IMG/VR virus record: IMGVR_UViG_3300036770_008715
Location: 32,001-96,000 of that record
Strand: one strand, 5' to 3'
Source of the DNA: a virus
Length of the DNA stretch: 64,000 nucleotides
Position 1 is the stretch's first letter, and each line of letters opens with the position of its first letter. This document shows positions 17,722 through 27,404 of this stretch, one piece after another. Below the pieces are notes generated by a model that did not search any database, was not told the origin of the DNA, and worked only from the letters and a program-made list of their open reading frames with translations. The position numbers and the translations under genes are program-made.

Positions 17722-18309
17722 TTAACCACCAGTTACAGGATTAGCAACAGTCTGATCAAGTGAAGTCCAGTACTGATAGGCAAGAGTTACAGAGAACTCT
17801 TCAATCGTATCGTTTGAACCCCAGTCCAGATCGATTGCTGCAATATCCGTTGGGAACGCACCAACAAACTTATACTTCTTGATTGGAACTCCGCCATACT
17901 TAGCGTACTGGCGAACTTCCATATCAACCGCATAAGAAATACCAGGTGTTGCTGGTGATGTGCTTAGAGCACGAACGTCGCGCAAGTTCAGAACGTTCTC
18001 GTTGATCCCACGATGCCAACGCTCAAATGCGTTCTTAAGAAGGAACGTCTCGTCGTTGATAATCGTTACTGACCACTCGGTAAAAGTTCTGTTACCAGCT
18101 ACCTTGACTTCACGGCCCCAGTAAGGAACAGTGATTGCACCAATCGTTGAGCCTGGAAGCTGGGCGCTCTTGCAGAAGAAACGAGAGGTTGTGCCAGCAA
18201 GATTCCCCAATTCAACATAGTTGGGGAACTGCATGACACACTCGAACAGGTTTGGCCTAGCTCCATCAAACACCATTGCAGATCGAAAGATATCTACATT
18301 AAACGCCAT
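17722..18309 (-). CDS. gp19: tail tube protein gp19
   Basis: GARPNLF, KSAQLPGS, GREVKVAGNRTF..W, LDWGSNDTIEEFSVT. Confidence 0.97.
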   Translation of the reverse strand: MAFNVDIFRSAMVFDGARPNLFECVMQFPNYVELGNLAGTTSRFFCKSAQLPGSTIGAITVPYWGREVKVAGNRTFTEWSVTIINDETFLLKNAFERWHRGINENVLNLRDVRALSTSPATPGISYAVDMEVRQYAKYGGVPIKKYKFVGAFPTDIAAIDLDWGSNDTIEEFSVTLAYQYWTSLDQTVANPVTGG

Positions 18310-18335
18310 TTTGTCTTACTCCTATGAGTTTTTAT

Positions 18336-18342
18336 TATTTAT
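18336..18342 (-). promoter_or_regulatory. late promoter variant (ATAAATA) for gp19
   Basis: ATAAATA overlapping the gp18 stop codon. Confidence 0.6.
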
Positions 18343-20051
18343 TAGAACTGACCAACAACTTCCTCGAAGGAAACACCAGTCGCAACAGCTACGAAGTTCA
18401 ACTGGATAAAGTTGATGCTCTTAGCTGGTTTAATATAGATGTCTCCGACGAACTCATTTCGGTCAATCACATCAGGCGTATTGTTTGATTCGTCGCACAC
18501 TACGCGGAAGTCGTAGATACCACGACGGCCCTGTACGGTGCGTAGGAATGGTTCAACAAGATTGACAAACTGAGCTCTTGTGAATTCGTCATTGAACTCA
18601 AAGAGGCTGGTTCTAGCAGCACGAGAGATTGCTTTCTCTAGCGTGATGAACAGTCGACGGACGTTGATTCGATCGAATGCGCTAGCATAGCTGAGCATCG
18701 TCTTATCGCCAAACAACAGAGTACCATCGCCAGCAGCGCTAACTACTGGGTTGATTCCGTTCTTATAGAGAGTATCTCTTTCAGTTTTGTTTGGATTGTA
18801 TGCCAGCTTCAGAGCATTCTTGATTTGACCGCGAGTTAGACCAGCGGGGGAGAACCAAGGATCTCTTTCAAAGTCTGTACGAGCACAGAGACCAGCGATA
18901 TCGCCGTTGAGTGGAACCCAACGATAGATTTCGTTGTAGCGGTCGTACATATACTTCCATCCACTATCCATTACTGCATAGCTAGAGGAGAGGTTGGCGA
19001 GAGTCGCAGTTCTGAAGTTGACAACTTGAGTTACGTTTGTCGCTCCAACAACGTTAGCCCTGTCTGGTGAAATGAACACAACAACATCTTTTCTAACTTC
19101 AGCAATGTTATCAACAATATATTTTGGAATTGTTGCAGTCTGGTCGCCTCCAGCCATAATTAATGAAACATCAGTTGCTAAATCTTCCGTCTTAAGGAGA
19201 TCGTATGCGCTTTGCATCTGAGCAGCTGTGGCGCCAGTCAAAGATCCGCCAGTTAGGTTAAATGTTGTTCCTCCAGTTTGCCACCCGAAAACTTTTGTAT
19301 TGCTCGTGACAGCATCATCCCAAGCATCTCCATCAGTAATAGCGCCAGGTTTTGAAGTTACATAAATGTATTTGGAGTTTTTATAGATTACATCTCTCCA
19401 CCAGTTGCTTTGGCCGTCTTGAGTTTTTGCATTTCTAGCCTTAGAAACTGCTGCAAACCTCTCAAGAACTGTATTGGCGGCTCCAGTAAATTTGCCTTGG
19501 CCATCAATAACGACAACGTGCATTTCATCGTTGGCGAGAGTATTATTAAAGTTTGATTTAATGTATTGGCTGGTGCCAGGAATTCTGTCAAACAGACCGC
19601 TGTATGGCCAGCTACTGAATGCTGTCGCGTCGGTATTTGCGAAAATCTCAACACGAAGTCCTGTTCCTAATGTACCTGGATAGCGAGCTGTTAGTACAGC
19701 AGTGCTATCAATTCCATATCTGCTAGTTTGATAATCCTCTTCGTTTTTAATGAGAATTGGCGAACCTGCATCGATAGCATTAACATCGCTAGATTCCACT
19801 GAACGAATCACTCGAATATCGCCAGAATAAGAAAGGAAGCTGGCTGCAGTGAAAAATGCGTTTGCTGTTGTATTTGTTGGCTTACCGAACGTTTCGACAA
19901 GCTGCTTTTCTGATGTAATTTGAGTTAGTTGAAGAGCTGGACCCCACTCAAAGTTTCCTGCAACAGCACCAACTGAAGAAGAAGGTGGTGAAATGATGCG
20001 AGTAAGATCGATCTCAGATACGTTCACTCCTGGTGATACTTGAAATGCCAT
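18342..20051 (-). CDS. gp18: contractile tail sheath protein gp18
   Basis: MAFQVSPGV..SEID, PWFSPAGLTRG, FDRINVRRLF, FEFNDEFTR, IKPAKSINFI. Confidence 0.98.
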   Translation of the reverse strand: MAFQVSPGVNVSEIDLTRIISPPSSSVGAVAGNFEWGPALQLTQITSEKQLVETFGKPTNTTANAFFTAASFLSYSGDIRVIRSVESSDVNAIDAGSPILIKNEEDYQTSRYGIDSTAVLTARYPGTLGTGLRVEIFANTDATAFSSWPYSGLFDRIPGTSQYIKSNFNNTLANDEMHVVVIDGQGKFTGAANTVLERFAAVSKARNAKTQDGQSNWWRDVIYKNSKYIYVTSKPGAITDGDAWDDAVTSNTKVFGWQTGGTTFNLTGGSLTGATAAQMQSAYDLLKTEDLATDVSLIMAGGDQTATIPKYIVDNIAEVRKDVVVFISPDRANVVGATNVTQVVNFRTATLANLSSSYAVMDSGWKYMYDRYNEIYRWVPLNGDIAGLCARTDFERDPWFSPAGLTRGQIKNALKLAYNPNKTERDTLYKNGINPVVSAAGDGTLLFGDKTMLSYASAFDRINVRRLFITLEKAISRAARTSLFEFNDEFTRAQFVNLVEPFLRTVQGRRGIYDFRVVCDESNNTPDVIDRNEFVGDIYIKPAKSINFIQLNFVAVATGVSFEEVVGQF

Positions 20052-20097
20052 TGCGGTGTACTCCTAATTAGGAAAGAATTGTGAAAGATGTACCTAT

Positions 20098-20104
20098 TAT
20101 TTAG
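20098..20104 (-). promoter_or_regulatory. late promoter variant (CTAAATA) for gp18
   Basis: CTAAATA in the gp17-gp18 intergenic region. Confidence 0.6.
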
Positions 20105-20111
20105 TTTTTTT

Positions 20112-21740
20112 CTAATTTACGACATCCCAAACAGCACCATCAAATACCTCTCGACTGGCCATAAAATCATCACTAGTCATTGGAATCGGAAGCATTTCTT
20201 CATCAATCCGACTCATCTGATCTCTATACAGCCTGTCTTTAATATTCATATTACATATATCAGCAAAGAAACTCTGGTTAGTCATCCAAGAAAATAAAAC
20301 TAGACACATCACCAGATCGTCATGGGACCCTTCATCAGCCTCATAGCTATTCCCTTTATTTATAAATGTAGACAATTCAGAGATAATCTCGAAGTCTTCG
20401 ATGATTATTTTGTAAGATTCAATCATACTTTTCATCAAAGAGCAGCCAAGGCGCTTGACTGATTTGGTTGTTCGAATACCTCGATCGGCTTTTCTGCCTC
20501 CAACTGACCAACTCAAACTTACTCTATTTTTAATCACCGTTGTAGATAATATATTCTCATACTCAAAGTCATCAAATAGACTATCAACTACCTGCTGACC
20601 ATTATCATTAATCTCGACTAGCACATATGCATCATTGTATAATTTACCGATCCTGGATATAATCGAAGGAAACACAACTGGCGATACTTCGTTATCTTTA
20701 TATCGAGCTACAATCTGATAAGGGATTTCACTTACATCAATCACCACAAAGGCAGAATAGTCTAACCCCTTACCTCTAGCTGTATCAGCCACAATTACAT
20801 AATTTCTCCCAATTACTGGTTCCTGGAAGAATACCAGTCCATGAATAACTGGAGCTGAAATCTTTGGAGTCTTGAATACCAGCGACTTCAGAACATAGCC
20901 TGAGATAAGAGTTCCTGCGCTGCCTTGGAATTCCGTTTCCATTTCTTGCAAGTATTTCTCATCACCAAGAACTCTCCGCTGTTCCATGGCCCATTCTTCG
21001 GTTCGACCTGGAACCTGGCGCCAGTTAGCCTCAACATGGACAAATCCATTGCGCCCTTCAGTTGCCTCATTCCACATCTTGTAATAGTGGTTCATACCGT
21101 TAGGCGTCGAAGAGATCAAGATCTTCGAAGATTTACCAGAAGTAATTGTAGGGTAAACTGAGGTGAAGAAGTCTTCGGCTATGTTATTTGGTACGAATGC
21201 AAATTCGTCAAGATACAGTAGAGAGATAGAGAAACCTCGAATAGCAGAAGAAGCAGTTGAGTCAGCTAGAATTCTTGAATTATTCTCTAACTCAATGTCA
21301 CCTTTGTTCCACGTTCGAACTCCCTGCTGAATCCAATGAGGCAATTCTTCATAGGCTATCTTGATACGCGACAGAATTTCTCTGGCTGTCTTTGCTTTGT
21401 TGGCCAGAATAGCAACCAGCTTTTCTTCATTGAATAAAATATACCAGAGAATATAACCAACAACCATCGTGGTCTTACCAACCTGACGGCCAGCTTTGAT
21501 GATCACCATTCGATTGTTGTTGATTTTATCGACAGCTTCTTTCTGAAATGGATAAAGTTGTATTTTCTTTAAGCCTTCGTCAAGAGTAATAATCTTGACA
21601 TATCGCTCAATAAAATAACAGGGATCAGTAGCGCAGCGAATATATTCTTGTACTTCTTCTTCGCGGAGGTTTACTTGGACGCCAATTCGCTTGAGCTTCG
21701 GCGAGCCCATATAGCCACGAAAACGTTCAATCGTCTGCAT
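20112..21740 (-). CDS. gp17: terminase large subunit gp17
   Basis: GRQVGKTT Walker A, LLYLDEFAFV Walker B, SSTPNG, ADTARG..LDYS, HDDLVM. Confidence 0.98.
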   Translation of the reverse strand: MQTIERFRGYMGSPKLKRIGVQVNLREEEVQEYIRCATDPCYFIERYVKIITLDEGLKKIQLYPFQKEAVDKINNNRMVIIKAGRQVGKTTMVVGYILWYILFNEEKLVAILANKAKTAREILSRIKIAYEELPHWIQQGVRTWNKGDIELENNSRILADSTASSAIRGFSISLLYLDEFAFVPNNIAEDFFTSVYPTITSGKSSKILISSTPNGMNHYYKMWNEATEGRNGFVHVEANWRQVPGRTEEWAMEQRRVLGDEKYLQEMETEFQGSAGTLISGYVLKSLVFKTPKISAPVIHGLVFFQEPVIGRNYVIVADTARGKGLDYSAFVVIDVSEIPYQIVARYKDNEVSPVVFPSIISRIGKLYNDAYVLVEINDNGQQVVDSLFDDFEYENILSTTVIKNRVSLSWSVGGRKADRGIRTTKSVKRLGCSLMKSMIESYKIIIEDFEIISELSTFINKGNSYEADEGSHDDLVMCLVLFSWMTNQSFFADICNMNIKDRLYRDQMSRIDEEMLPIPMTSDDFMASREVFDGAVWDVVN

Positions 21741-22131
21741 TTTTTATTTTCTTAAGAAGATCACTAGTTGAACCAACAAACACTGCTTTTTCTACGTTTA
21801 CTTGTTGGACTTCGGCTTTGTTGCCTTCGAGTTCTTTCTTTTGTTTTTGTAGCAGTAAAAGTTTGTCGGTCATATCACTGAGATTCTTTAGCATATTACC
21901 AGCAACTTCATAGGCCCGTGGATGCTGGCCTTCACGAGCAACCTCAAGAATACCTTCAAGTGCTTCGTTACCTTTCTCAATTAAATTATAATAATTTGCT
22001 CGAGAATAGTTGTAATCATCCTGAGCGTCTTTTGGTATAGCCAGAGGTTTCGGTTCTTCACGAACAACTGGAGCCATATCATTAGGAACTTCAAGAATGT
22101 CACTCATGTTATTATCAAATTCTGTACTCAT
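21727..22131 (-). CDS. gp16: terminase small subunit gp16
   Basis: DDYNYSR.N, HPRAYEV, VFVGSTSDL. Confidence 0.95.
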   Translation of the reverse strand: MSTEFDNNMSDILEVPNDMAPVVREEPKPLAIPKDAQDDYNYSRANYYNLIEKGNEALEGILEVAREGQHPRAYEVAGNMLKNLSDMTDKLLLLQKQKKELEGNKAEVQQVNVEKAVFVGSTSDLLKKIKNADD

Positions 22132-23123
22132 GTGATATTAGGTGCTTCCTCAACAGTTTCATCGAATCCATATGCTGAAGTAGCATTGGCCGAAAGTGGA
22201 TCTGGTTGTACAGTCAGATTTACTAGTTGGTTTGATCCATACTCAAAACTATTTAAATTCCAATCTGAGTTGGAAATTATTCCACGAATTCTATTATTAG
22301 ATGCAAAAGTGCCAAAGGTATCATATACAATTAATGTATTGGATGTATTGGCCCAGCCGCTAACATAAGCACGTGCAAAAGAGGACTCAAGCGTTGGCCC
22401 TTGGTATACCAATTCGCCAGTGCTGAATTTGCCTGATCCCGAGGATAACTTTAGAGTTTGAGTTCCATCGCCAGGAATATTGCCAAATGTATTAGCAGTG
22501 ACTTTGCGAATAATTTTGACCGAATTGATTGGCCCAAACAAATATCCTTTCATTGTAAAATTTAAATTCCAGATTAATGTTCTGGTTGGTTCAGGCAGAC
22601 CCTCAAAGTCTGGTTCATAATTGATTGTATTGAATACAATCGGAACATCAAGTTTGACATTATCCATTCCAACAAAGTCAAGAGTGACTGTGTAATCTGG
22701 AGCGAAGTATGGTAGAATCTGCTCAACTATCTGAGTACCATCTTCGGTATTACGAACAAAGATACTTAGATTAAAATCAAAATTATATGGAACCCATTTT
22801 ACTCGATTGGCCGTATCGTTGCCAGCATTTTCGTAAAGGTCAATATGTGAAGACAATTTACGCTGAGCGTCATAAGTTAGCCCAGTCATTTCAAACGCCA
22901 TTCTTGGTAAAACAGTCAGCGTCTGATTGGCTAGGTTTGGATCTTCCGTAATTCGACGATAGAACTTTTCTTTGTTGGCATAACTGATTGGAACATTAAT
23001 GCGTTCAATTTCAGTCAACCCATCTTGAGTGTATCGAACAAGTTTAAGATTGTTGAATACGTTACCAAAGGCAACGACCATCTTACGAATTATGCGATGA
23101 TAATAATGCTGATTAGATAACAT
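22128..23123 (-). CDS. gp15: tail sheath stabiliser / terminator gp15
   Basis: YHRIIRK.VVAFG..F, LPRMAFE, QIVEQILPYF.P; extra C-terminal domain. Confidence 0.95.
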   Translation of the reverse strand: MLSNQHYYHRIIRKMVVAFGNVFNNLKLVRYTQDGLTEIERINVPISYANKEKFYRRITEDPNLANQTLTVLPRMAFEMTGLTYDAQRKLSSHIDLYENAGNDTANRVKWVPYNFDFNLSIFVRNTEDGTQIVEQILPYFAPDYTVTLDFVGMDNVKLDVPIVFNTINYEPDFEGLPEPTRTLIWNLNFTMKGYLFGPINSVKIIRKVTANTFGNIPGDGTQTLKLSSGSGKFSTGELVYQGPTLESSFARAYVSGWANTSNTLIVYDTFGTFASNNRIRGIISNSDWNLNSFEYGSNQLVNLTVQPDPLSANATSAYGFDETVEEAPNIT

Positions 23124-23992
23124 TATACTTCACCGAATGGATTTGTTTCGCTGAAGTCAAGTATATTACTTGCTTCAGTTTGTAATAGAACGTTGTCATC
23201 AAACTCTGATGCTGAATTTTCCATAGGATCAAAATTCGCAAGAGTATAACTTGCCCCAGTTTCTACGCCAATAATAGGCGATGTATTGGTAAATACACCC
23301 TTGATGTTTCTTAGTCTCAGTTCCAGATTGACTCGATCAAACTCAGCAACAATACCTTTGGCTGTTGCGCTTCCGATACTTGCTCCCTGATATACTGGCT
23401 CGCCTCGAATATATGATGTTGTCTGTCCAGCTTCTACCATATCAAACGTCAAGGAAGGAGCAACGTTGTCAGCAATTTGATCTACAACGTCCATACCTGT
23501 ATTCAAGAATTCGCCATTATATTTAAATGTTTCTATTGACAGTCCATACATATATGGTGCAACTTTACCAAGCTGGAAGAAGTTCTTTTCTTCTTCGACA
23601 AATCGAACCTCAAGCAACTTTTCTTGAATAGGAAGATAAATTAAATCGCCTTCCTTTGGAAACTTTCTTACAGCCGAAGGAACTAGGCGCTGGAATGTTC
23701 GACGCGCAACTGCAACTTTGGCTGTCTTGTCAATCTGCAGACCAAACTTAGAAAAGAATTCTTGCTGACCTTCAAAGTCATTGAATGTTTCAAGATACAT
23801 ATCAATCTTATATGCCTTGTCATAATATTTGACAGGATCATCACCAAACAATTTATCAATGCTGCTCTGTGAAGTTCTTGGTAGGTAATAGATGTCGATG
23901 CCGTGATTGCGGATTGATTCAATAATTAAATCTTCGACCAGAAACTGTTCACGAGTTGCATTTTGATTGTTGAAATATACCGATGTTGGCAT
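23123..23992 (-). CDS. gp14: neck protein gp14
   Basis: EQFLVEDLIIESI, YYLPR, FSKFGL, PKEGDLIY, DFSETNPFGE. Confidence 0.96.
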   Translation of the reverse strand: MPTSVYFNNQNATREQFLVEDLIIESIRNHGIDIYYLPRTSQSSIDKLFGDDPVKYYDKAYKIDMYLETFNDFEGQQEFFSKFGLQIDKTAKVAVARRTFQRLVPSAVRKFPKEGDLIYLPIQEKLLEVRFVEEEKNFFQLGKVAPYMYGLSIETFKYNGEFLNTGMDVVDQIADNVAPSLTFDMVEAGQTTSYIRGEPVYQGASIGSATAKGIVAEFDRVNLELRLRNIKGVFTNTSPIIGVETGASYTLANFDPMENSASEFDDNVLLQTEASNILDFSETNPFGEV

Positions 23993-23994
23993 GA

Positions 23995-24756
23995 TTATCC
24001 AACCTCAAACATCGGTGGTTCTTCGTAGGTATCTCTGAGTTCTTCGTCGAGCTTTTCTAGTTCTGTGATTGCTTCAAGATATATCTGAGGGCCATTGATT
24101 ACCATTCCACCTGGCAAAACATAGTTGCCATACTTAGAAAGGTTTGCTCCCCATTGTTTTTTAATTAGCTGAGTTGCATAATTTTTGAGCCAGTTATCAT
24201 TCCATACTTTTGTAAATACTTCTGGATCAAGAACCTTAAAGCATTCAATTAAAATAAACTTTCCTGGAGCTGCTTCGTTTGGCCAGCTCATGTCAATGTG
24301 TAATCGCCCTTCGCGCTTATTGAATCGGAATGGGTTATCGCCAGTAAGAATCATCTCAAGCATTCTAATATGGGATCTGGCAATGTAATAATATGTATAA
24401 GAGGAAGAAGTGAAGTCGTATAATTCGTTTAATCGAAGCTGATAATTCAGATCAAAGATATTGAAGTCGACCGAAGATCCGCCACCAGAAACAGTTCCTG
24501 AAACTGGAAATACTTGTTTAACTCCAATAATTGATTCTGGTAGAGTAAAATAGGTATTGCTAATATCTGCCTGATTGACTTGAATAGCCAGATACTCTTT
24601 GGTAGTCCCATCATAATGATAGTCAGCATACTTTGACAGCGCATCGTCGATACGATCTTCTACCTGATCGTCATCGACATTAATATCAATAACAGGAAAT
24701 CCAAGTTTTCTTAGGCAATAATCTTTGAATTCTGTTCTTGAGGCTGGTTTTGCCAT
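23995..24756 (-). CDS. gp13: neck protein gp13
   Basis: YCLRKLGFPVIDINVDDDQVEDRIDDAL, WL..YA...IK.QWG.NLSKY. Confidence 0.97.
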   Translation of the reverse strand: MAKPASRTEFKDYCLRKLGFPVIDINVDDDQVEDRIDDALSKYADYHYDGTTKEYLAIQVNQADISNTYFTLPESIIGVKQVFPVSGTVSGGGSSVDFNIFDLNYQLRLNELYDFTSSSYTYYYIARSHIRMLEMILTGDNPFRFNKREGRLHIDMSWPNEAAPGKFILIECFKVLDPEVFTKVWNDNWLKNYATQLIKKQWGANLSKYGNYVLPGGMVINGPQIYLEAITELEKLDEELRDTYEEPPMFEVG

Positions 24757-24790
24757 TTATTCTTCTCGTTTAATTTGTTGTCCAGTTAAC

Positions 24791-24797
24791 TATTTAT
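24791..24797 (-). promoter_or_regulatory. late promoter variant (ATAAATA) for gp13-gp17
   Basis: ATAAATA overlapping the stop codon of the upstream gene. Confidence 0.6.
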
Positions 24798-25336
24798 TCC
24801 CATGTTAATGGTGGCAATTCTGGTTCTATTTCTTCATAACCAGAAGGTATTGGCCTAGTACCATTTTGAACTTCATCCAATATTTCATAAAGAGTGTTCC
24901 AAGTGCTAGATCGTAATTCTACAGCCCTCTGCCCTTCTGTGGAGAACTTTGGATCTGGATCTGTTGCATAAGTACAAGCAGAAAGAATACCATCATAGTA
25001 TCTAGTTTGCGCAAAAGAGTCTAATCTTGCTTGCGTTGAATCAATAATATTCTTTTGTAGTTTTTGTAATTTAATTTGTTCTTCTGCTGATAATTCTTCT
25101 TCTGATTTGTCTACAACTTCTACTGCATAAACAACGCCATCTTCAATATATGGAATGACAGAAACAAGTCTTTGAGTAGAACTATCATAAGATCTCCAAA
25201 AATTTACTACATAACAAGAATTTTCTATAAGAAATTCTTCAGGTGCGCCTGATGCAGGAAAGGATATATTTGGAAAAATATCTCCCAATTCTGCAACTTG
25301 CTCAATAATATCATCAACAACTCTTGCTACGATCAT
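24794..25336 (-). CDS. tail-fibre-assembly-like protein
   Basis: Acidic 180 aa protein after an adhesin; LDSFAQTRYYDGILSACTY and ELPPLTW C-terminus resemble fibre chaperone families. Confidence 0.6.
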   Translation of the reverse strand: MIVARVVDDIIEQVAELGDIFPNISFPASGAPEEFLIENSCYVVNFWRSYDSSTQRLVSVIPYIEDGVVYAVEVVDKSEEELSAEEQIKLQKLQKNIIDSTQARLDSFAQTRYYDGILSACTYATDPDPKFSTEGQRAVELRSSTWNTLYEILDEVQNGTRPIPSGYEEIEPELPPLTWE

Positions 25337-25337
25337 A

Positions 25338-27404
25338 TTATCTTCCTGGTAATCTTTCTGGTGGCGTGAAGTTTGCAGTATAACGAATATTTCCTTTAGT
25401 TATCCTAAAGCCATCCATATAACCTATCCATGGATATGGATTTGTAGTAGAGAAGTAACCAATATATCCTGGTAATGCTTTATCGTGATTTGCAGATCCG
25501 TTTGGAGTATTTTGAGTTGATCTTAGAACTCCATTTAGATATAATTTTAAAGTGTTTCCACTTCTAGTTCCAGCAAAATGCGTCCAAGTGTTAAGCGACA
25601 ATGCAATGTCGCTTAAAACATATTCAGAAGCTGAGCTGTTTCCATATCCAAAATATGGCCGACCAGTAGTAATCGTATGCACAAAAAACCACCCAACACT
25701 TGAAGATGTTCCGTCATTGGCTCGATTGTATATAGACCTATAATTACTAAAAGATGTAGGATACAACCAAGCCTCTAAACAAAAATCAGCTGTACCAAAA
25801 TCTAATGACTCATTGTTTAAAATTTCAATATAATCCCCAGTACCATCAAAATACACAGAAGAACTATTATAATTGGTTATATTAGTTCGAACCTGCGCGT
25901 TTCCTCTAGTTAACAAATTATTTAATTTGGCACCGTCATATATTGGAGCTTCGGAACCAGTTAATAACAGTTTTGTATTTGATATGTCTGTTAATGTCTG
26001 CATCGGCGGCGTAAAATTACTAGTGTATAGAGCTGTACCTCTAAGTACACGTAGGTTTGAAATATATCCATTAAACCATCTTGCCGCAGAAGAAGACGCT
26101 CCTTTACCTGCAGTAACAATAAATCCACTTACACCTGTGCTATTATCAGGAGTTCCTGTTATTGTTCCTGTTGCAGAAGATACACCATTAATATAAATTG
26201 TTAAAGCGTTCGAATTATTAACAAATGCTAAATGAGTCCATCTGTTTAAAGGTATTGTAGCTGATGTTGTCACAGTTCTTATTTGAGGAACTGATGTATC
26301 ATAATAATAAAATCTTACTGTGCCGCCTAATATGGGCCCAAAACTAAAAGACTCTCCTGTAGTTGTTAAAGCTATAGATCCGTAAGCTGGACTGCCTCCA
26401 TTTTCGCTCGAAGAGAACGCTCTCGGATATACCCACATCTCAATAGTATAGTTTGTATTATACCATTGACACAAATCCGAAGAAGTTGGAGCAGTTAAAT
26501 AATCTCCAGTTCCATCAAAATTATAACTACCGCCATTTGTATCTGAAGACCAAGGAGAACTTGAGGTGAACTGACTGAATGGATAGGCTGATGATATTGT
26601 GGAAGTTAATGTTAGAGCAGATGAGCTACTATCTTTAACTATGTAATCTTGTACTGTCAATAACTTAGTATTGGTTATTGCAGTTAATGGTGCAGTTGGT
26701 ACAGTTATAGTACTGGATGTAGCATTGTATGGGTTTGAGCCTACCACGATTCTGGCATTAGAAATATATCCTTGGCATTGATATCCGCTATACCCGTTCA
26801 GATATCTAAATGTACCATTATAAGATGAAGTTCCTGTACCTACTCTAGTGCCATTATAAAATATGGAACAAGTCGTACCAGTTCTACACCAAACTACGTG
26901 GTTCCATTGATTGAATTTAAATGTGCCAGCAGCTGCCGAAGTGGAAGCATTAAATCCTTCCATAATCATTCCTATACTACCATTATTACCTACCTGGAAT
27001 TGAAGATTTCCTGCATTACCACCCGCGCCAAAAATATTAGAACCAGCAAATATATTTCCATATGACTGGCCAGTATTACTACCAGTTAAAAACAACCACG
27101 CTTCGCAGCAGAAATCTTGAGAAGTATTGGCTGTAATATCTGATGGCCAAGTAATATTATTAGAAGTGGTAAATCTAGCGGACCATTTACCAGCTTCTTT
27201 AGAAAAAGGAGAAAATGCACCAATACTGGTATCTCCTAATCTAGTTATTGTATTGTTTATTGATGATATATCATCAGCAGTTAAATTTTGGGCACCATTA
27301 GCAGAGCTAGTCCCTTGCATCAATAATACAACATTTTCGAAAAAAGGATCTGCTGGAGAAGTTTTTCCTCCACTAGCCAATATTGGCATCAATAGTTCAT
27401 TCAT
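25338..27404 (-). CDS. adhesin with three LamG/concanavalin-like domains
   Basis: Three repeats of FDG.GDY / DF..E.W.Y / N.W.H....R / YING / GYISN.R. Confidence 0.88.
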   Translation of the reverse strand: MNELLMPILASGGKTSPADPFFENVVLLMQGTSSANGAQNLTADDISSINNTITRLGDTSIGAFSPFSKEAGKWSARFTTSNNITWPSDITANTSQDFCCEAWLFLTGSNTGQSYGNIFAGSNIFGAGGNAGNLQFQVGNNGSIGMIMEGFNASTSAAAGTFKFNQWNHVVWCRTGTTCSIFYNGTRVGTGTSSYNGTFRYLNGYSGYQCQGYISNARIVVGSNPYNATSSTITVPTAPLTAITNTKLLTVQDYIVKDSSSSALTLTSTISSAYPFSQFTSSSPWSSDTNGGSYNFDGTGDYLTAPTSSDLCQWYNTNYTIEMWVYPRAFSSSENGGSPAYGSIALTTTGESFSFGPILGGTVRFYYYDTSVPQIRTVTTSATIPLNRWTHLAFVNNSNALTIYINGVSSATGTITGTPDNSTGVSGFIVTAGKGASSSAARWFNGYISNLRVLRGTALYTSNFTPPMQTLTDISNTKLLLTGSEAPIYDGAKLNNLLTRGNAQVRTNITNYNSSSVYFDGTGDYIEILNNESLDFGTADFCLEAWLYPTSFSNYRSIYNRANDGTSSSVGWFFVHTITTGRPYFGYGNSSASEYVLSDIALSLNTWTHFAGTRSGNTLKLYLNGVLRSTQNTPNGSANHDKALPGYIGYFSTTNPYPWIGYMDGFRITKGNIRYTANFTPPERLPGR

